Translations under genes and position numbers: made by a program
Shown here: in pieces, positions 61,867 to 64,000 of the stretch
Position numbering within the stretch: position 1 is the stretch's first letter
Layout: each line of letters starts with the position of its first letter
The notes under the pieces: generated by a model
The model's input: only the letters and a program-made list of their open reading frames with translations
Database searches by the model: none
Told to the model about the DNA's origin: nothing
Assembly (NCBI GenBank): GCA_000708835.1
Contig: DF236956.1
Span: forward strand, 310,001-374,000
DNA from: Klebsormidium nitens
Lineage: Eukaryota; Plantae; Klebsormidiophyceae
DNA: 64,000 nt
Direction: 5' to 3'

Positions 61867-62812
61867 CCAGTCGACATGAGGATGCCTGAGAACGGGAGTG
61901 CTCAGTTACTGGAGTGCGGAGTCAGCAATTGTTGGTACACTGTTCGGTGCATAGACTAGAACACACAAGTTGGGGTTTCTTGTTGGGAGCAACTACCGTA
62001 GACAGAGTGGGTTTATGGGTTGATCTACCTTTGCGTATATGTATCGGTCTCTTGACGCGTCATGTCACTGAGTGCTAGTGCTCTGAATATTGTGCCATTC
62101 CATTCTGAAGTTCGTGCCAGCACGTTCAAACAGAGAAACAGTACAGATCGGATACTCAAGACGTGTGATATTGACGAGTTCTCGAGCCGGTGGCTTTTCG
62201 AAAGGGCGCCAATTTATGCAATGCCCCCGGCCTTCAAGTTACTTCATTCGTCAAACCGTTGGATGTGAAGATTCTTATGAAGTCCGAGAAGTCGAAGTGC
62301 AAGATAACATACAACCGTCGATTCAATTCATTTCGATATGTAAGTTGTAACCACATCGACGGTTGCAGATCAAGATTGGACTCATGTGAGTCAGCGCCCG
62401 CGCGCCGACGTGCATACATCCATGAAGGTCCTTCGAGAGCTGGGCTGAGCGCAGCATGAGGCCTCTGTCCTCCCTGAATCCTGTTCTTCTTTGCTGAGCG
62501 CCGGGAAGCTGAGGCGTTGGCAGCTCGAGCAAGGCTTTCTTTGATGGTGCTCCCGGCTCGAGCCACCGCTGGAAGTTGAAAGTATAGCTTGCTCTTTTTC
62601 ATAGCTAGAACGCACGCCACTTTTTGGCAGATACAGGAGCATCTGATGAGATGCTGAGGCTTAAATCTGGCAGCACTCGAGCTTCTCGAGTTGAGCCAAG
62701 GATCAAAGGCTTGCAGCCAACTGAAATAGAGAAATAACGCACTGCGGTTGCTTGCCGTTTGACCGGAAGCCCTTACTTTCCAAACCTCTTTCTAAGCCCT
62801 ACTCTGTCAGCA

Positions 62813-63965
62813 ATGGCAAGACCATCCCTCGATGACATTACACCCGAGCTCGAGCGCGTGTGGAGCACCGACCCCTCATCCCCTGATGTCTCCATCCACT
62901 CTTACGCACATAGTCCCGTCCATGCTGCAGTCCTGTCCAAAGACCATGCAGCACTTAACGCAATTTTGAGAATTCTCCCCAAACCAGCTTTGGAGGGGAG
63001 TGTCCTAACTGAAGAGCAGTCTATCAAAGCTGAGGAAGATGCCGAGGCTGCCTCTGCAATGATTGACAGGCGGGACGTGCCGGGGAAGGTGAGTGGGGCA
63101 GCGCCTAGTTTCAAAAGCTGCGAGGTGGCGAGAGTGTCATGGCTTGAACGATCTGGGGGCCGGGCTTGGCTCCAGAATCAACACTTTGTGATTGTAGCAT
63201 TATTGGTTCAAGTAGTCTCGCAGATGGTCACCCATCTGCTGACTTTCATACGGGTGTACACTGTTTGGAGGCGGTGCATAATCTCGTGCGGCGCCCTTCT
63301 TGAAAGGATAGTCAAGCCCAAAAGGTTCGGTGTGAAACAAGCCTTAGCCAACACTGGTGCCAACCAAGATATCTCTCAAGACTCAAACATGTTGCAACGC
63401 TCTCAACTTGATCAAGCAGACACCGAAATGCAGTGCTTACGTAGGTAAACTTTTAGGAGTCCTTCTTTTCTCTTCCCTGTTTCAGGAGTCAGCACTGCAC
63501 ATGGCGGTACGCGTGAAAGACCCTGTGGCGTTGGAGCTGTTGATGCTGGCGGGGGCTGACATCAGCTTGCAAAACGTTGGGGGGTGGACTGCCCTGCAGG
63601 TATGCCCTGACAAAGTCAAAATATTTGTTGGCGATTGGGGATGTGTTACGACGCGAAAAAAAGCATCTCAAGCCGGTTCTGCCTGACTCCGGCTAGTGCT
63701 GCCAGCGGCTATACGGGACAATTTTCTGGGATTACAGATTTTAAGTTCTGATGTCATTCGTGTAGGTGTATAGCACCTCTGAGACCACAGGTCTTTTAGT
63801 CGTGATCTCATCTCTGTCTAGTTGGAGGTTTGGGATCTTACATGCAACTGCTTCACTAAAGGCTTACTGGCTCGAATTTGACAGTGCAACTTTTTTTCGC
63901 AGGAAGCAGTGTGTGCGGGGGAGCCGGCGCTGGCAGCTATCATCATGCGAGAGTATCAAAGCTTG
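62813..63965 (+). CDS. ANKRD13: Ankyrin repeat domain-containing protein 13-like (plant type), 5' part only; exons 62813-63088, 63486-63599, 63903-63965
   Basis: YAHSPVHAAV, IDRRDVPGKESALHMAVR, LMLAGADISLQNVGGWTALQEAVC. Gene continues beyond the window. Confidence 0.85.
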
Positions 63966-64000
63966 GTGAGATTGTTGACCAGTACCCGAGTGCCTTCATA

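Overview
Intron-rich eukaryotic nuclear DNA with GC-rich exons and GT-AG introns. The gene mix (plant-type LRR-RLK, plant-type BRO1 and ANKRD13, plastid-targeted enzymes, a ciliary TOG-array protein) points to a streptophyte alga such as Klebsormidium; this is inference. I assembled eight spliced protein genes by hand: ANP32 (+), class IV aminotransferase D-AAT/ADC lyase (-), ArsS-like radical SAM/DUF3641 (+), LRR receptor kinase (-), TOGARAM/crescerin-like (+), an uncharacterised P-loop GTPase (-), BROX-like BRO1 protein (+) and ANKRD13-like (+, runs off the window). Also present are an intron-containing tRNA-Ile(UAU) followed by a T-tract repeat tail, a 279-bp MITE-like element with perfect 23-bp TIRs, several tandem repeats and two N gaps. 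The most striking unexplained signal recurs in four unrelated genes: introns carry degenerate 'shadow' copies of the adjacent splice site plus the first (or last) 25-90 nt of the neighbouring exon, and these differ from the live exon mainly at synonymous positions. Exon coordinates are manual and unverified by transcripts.
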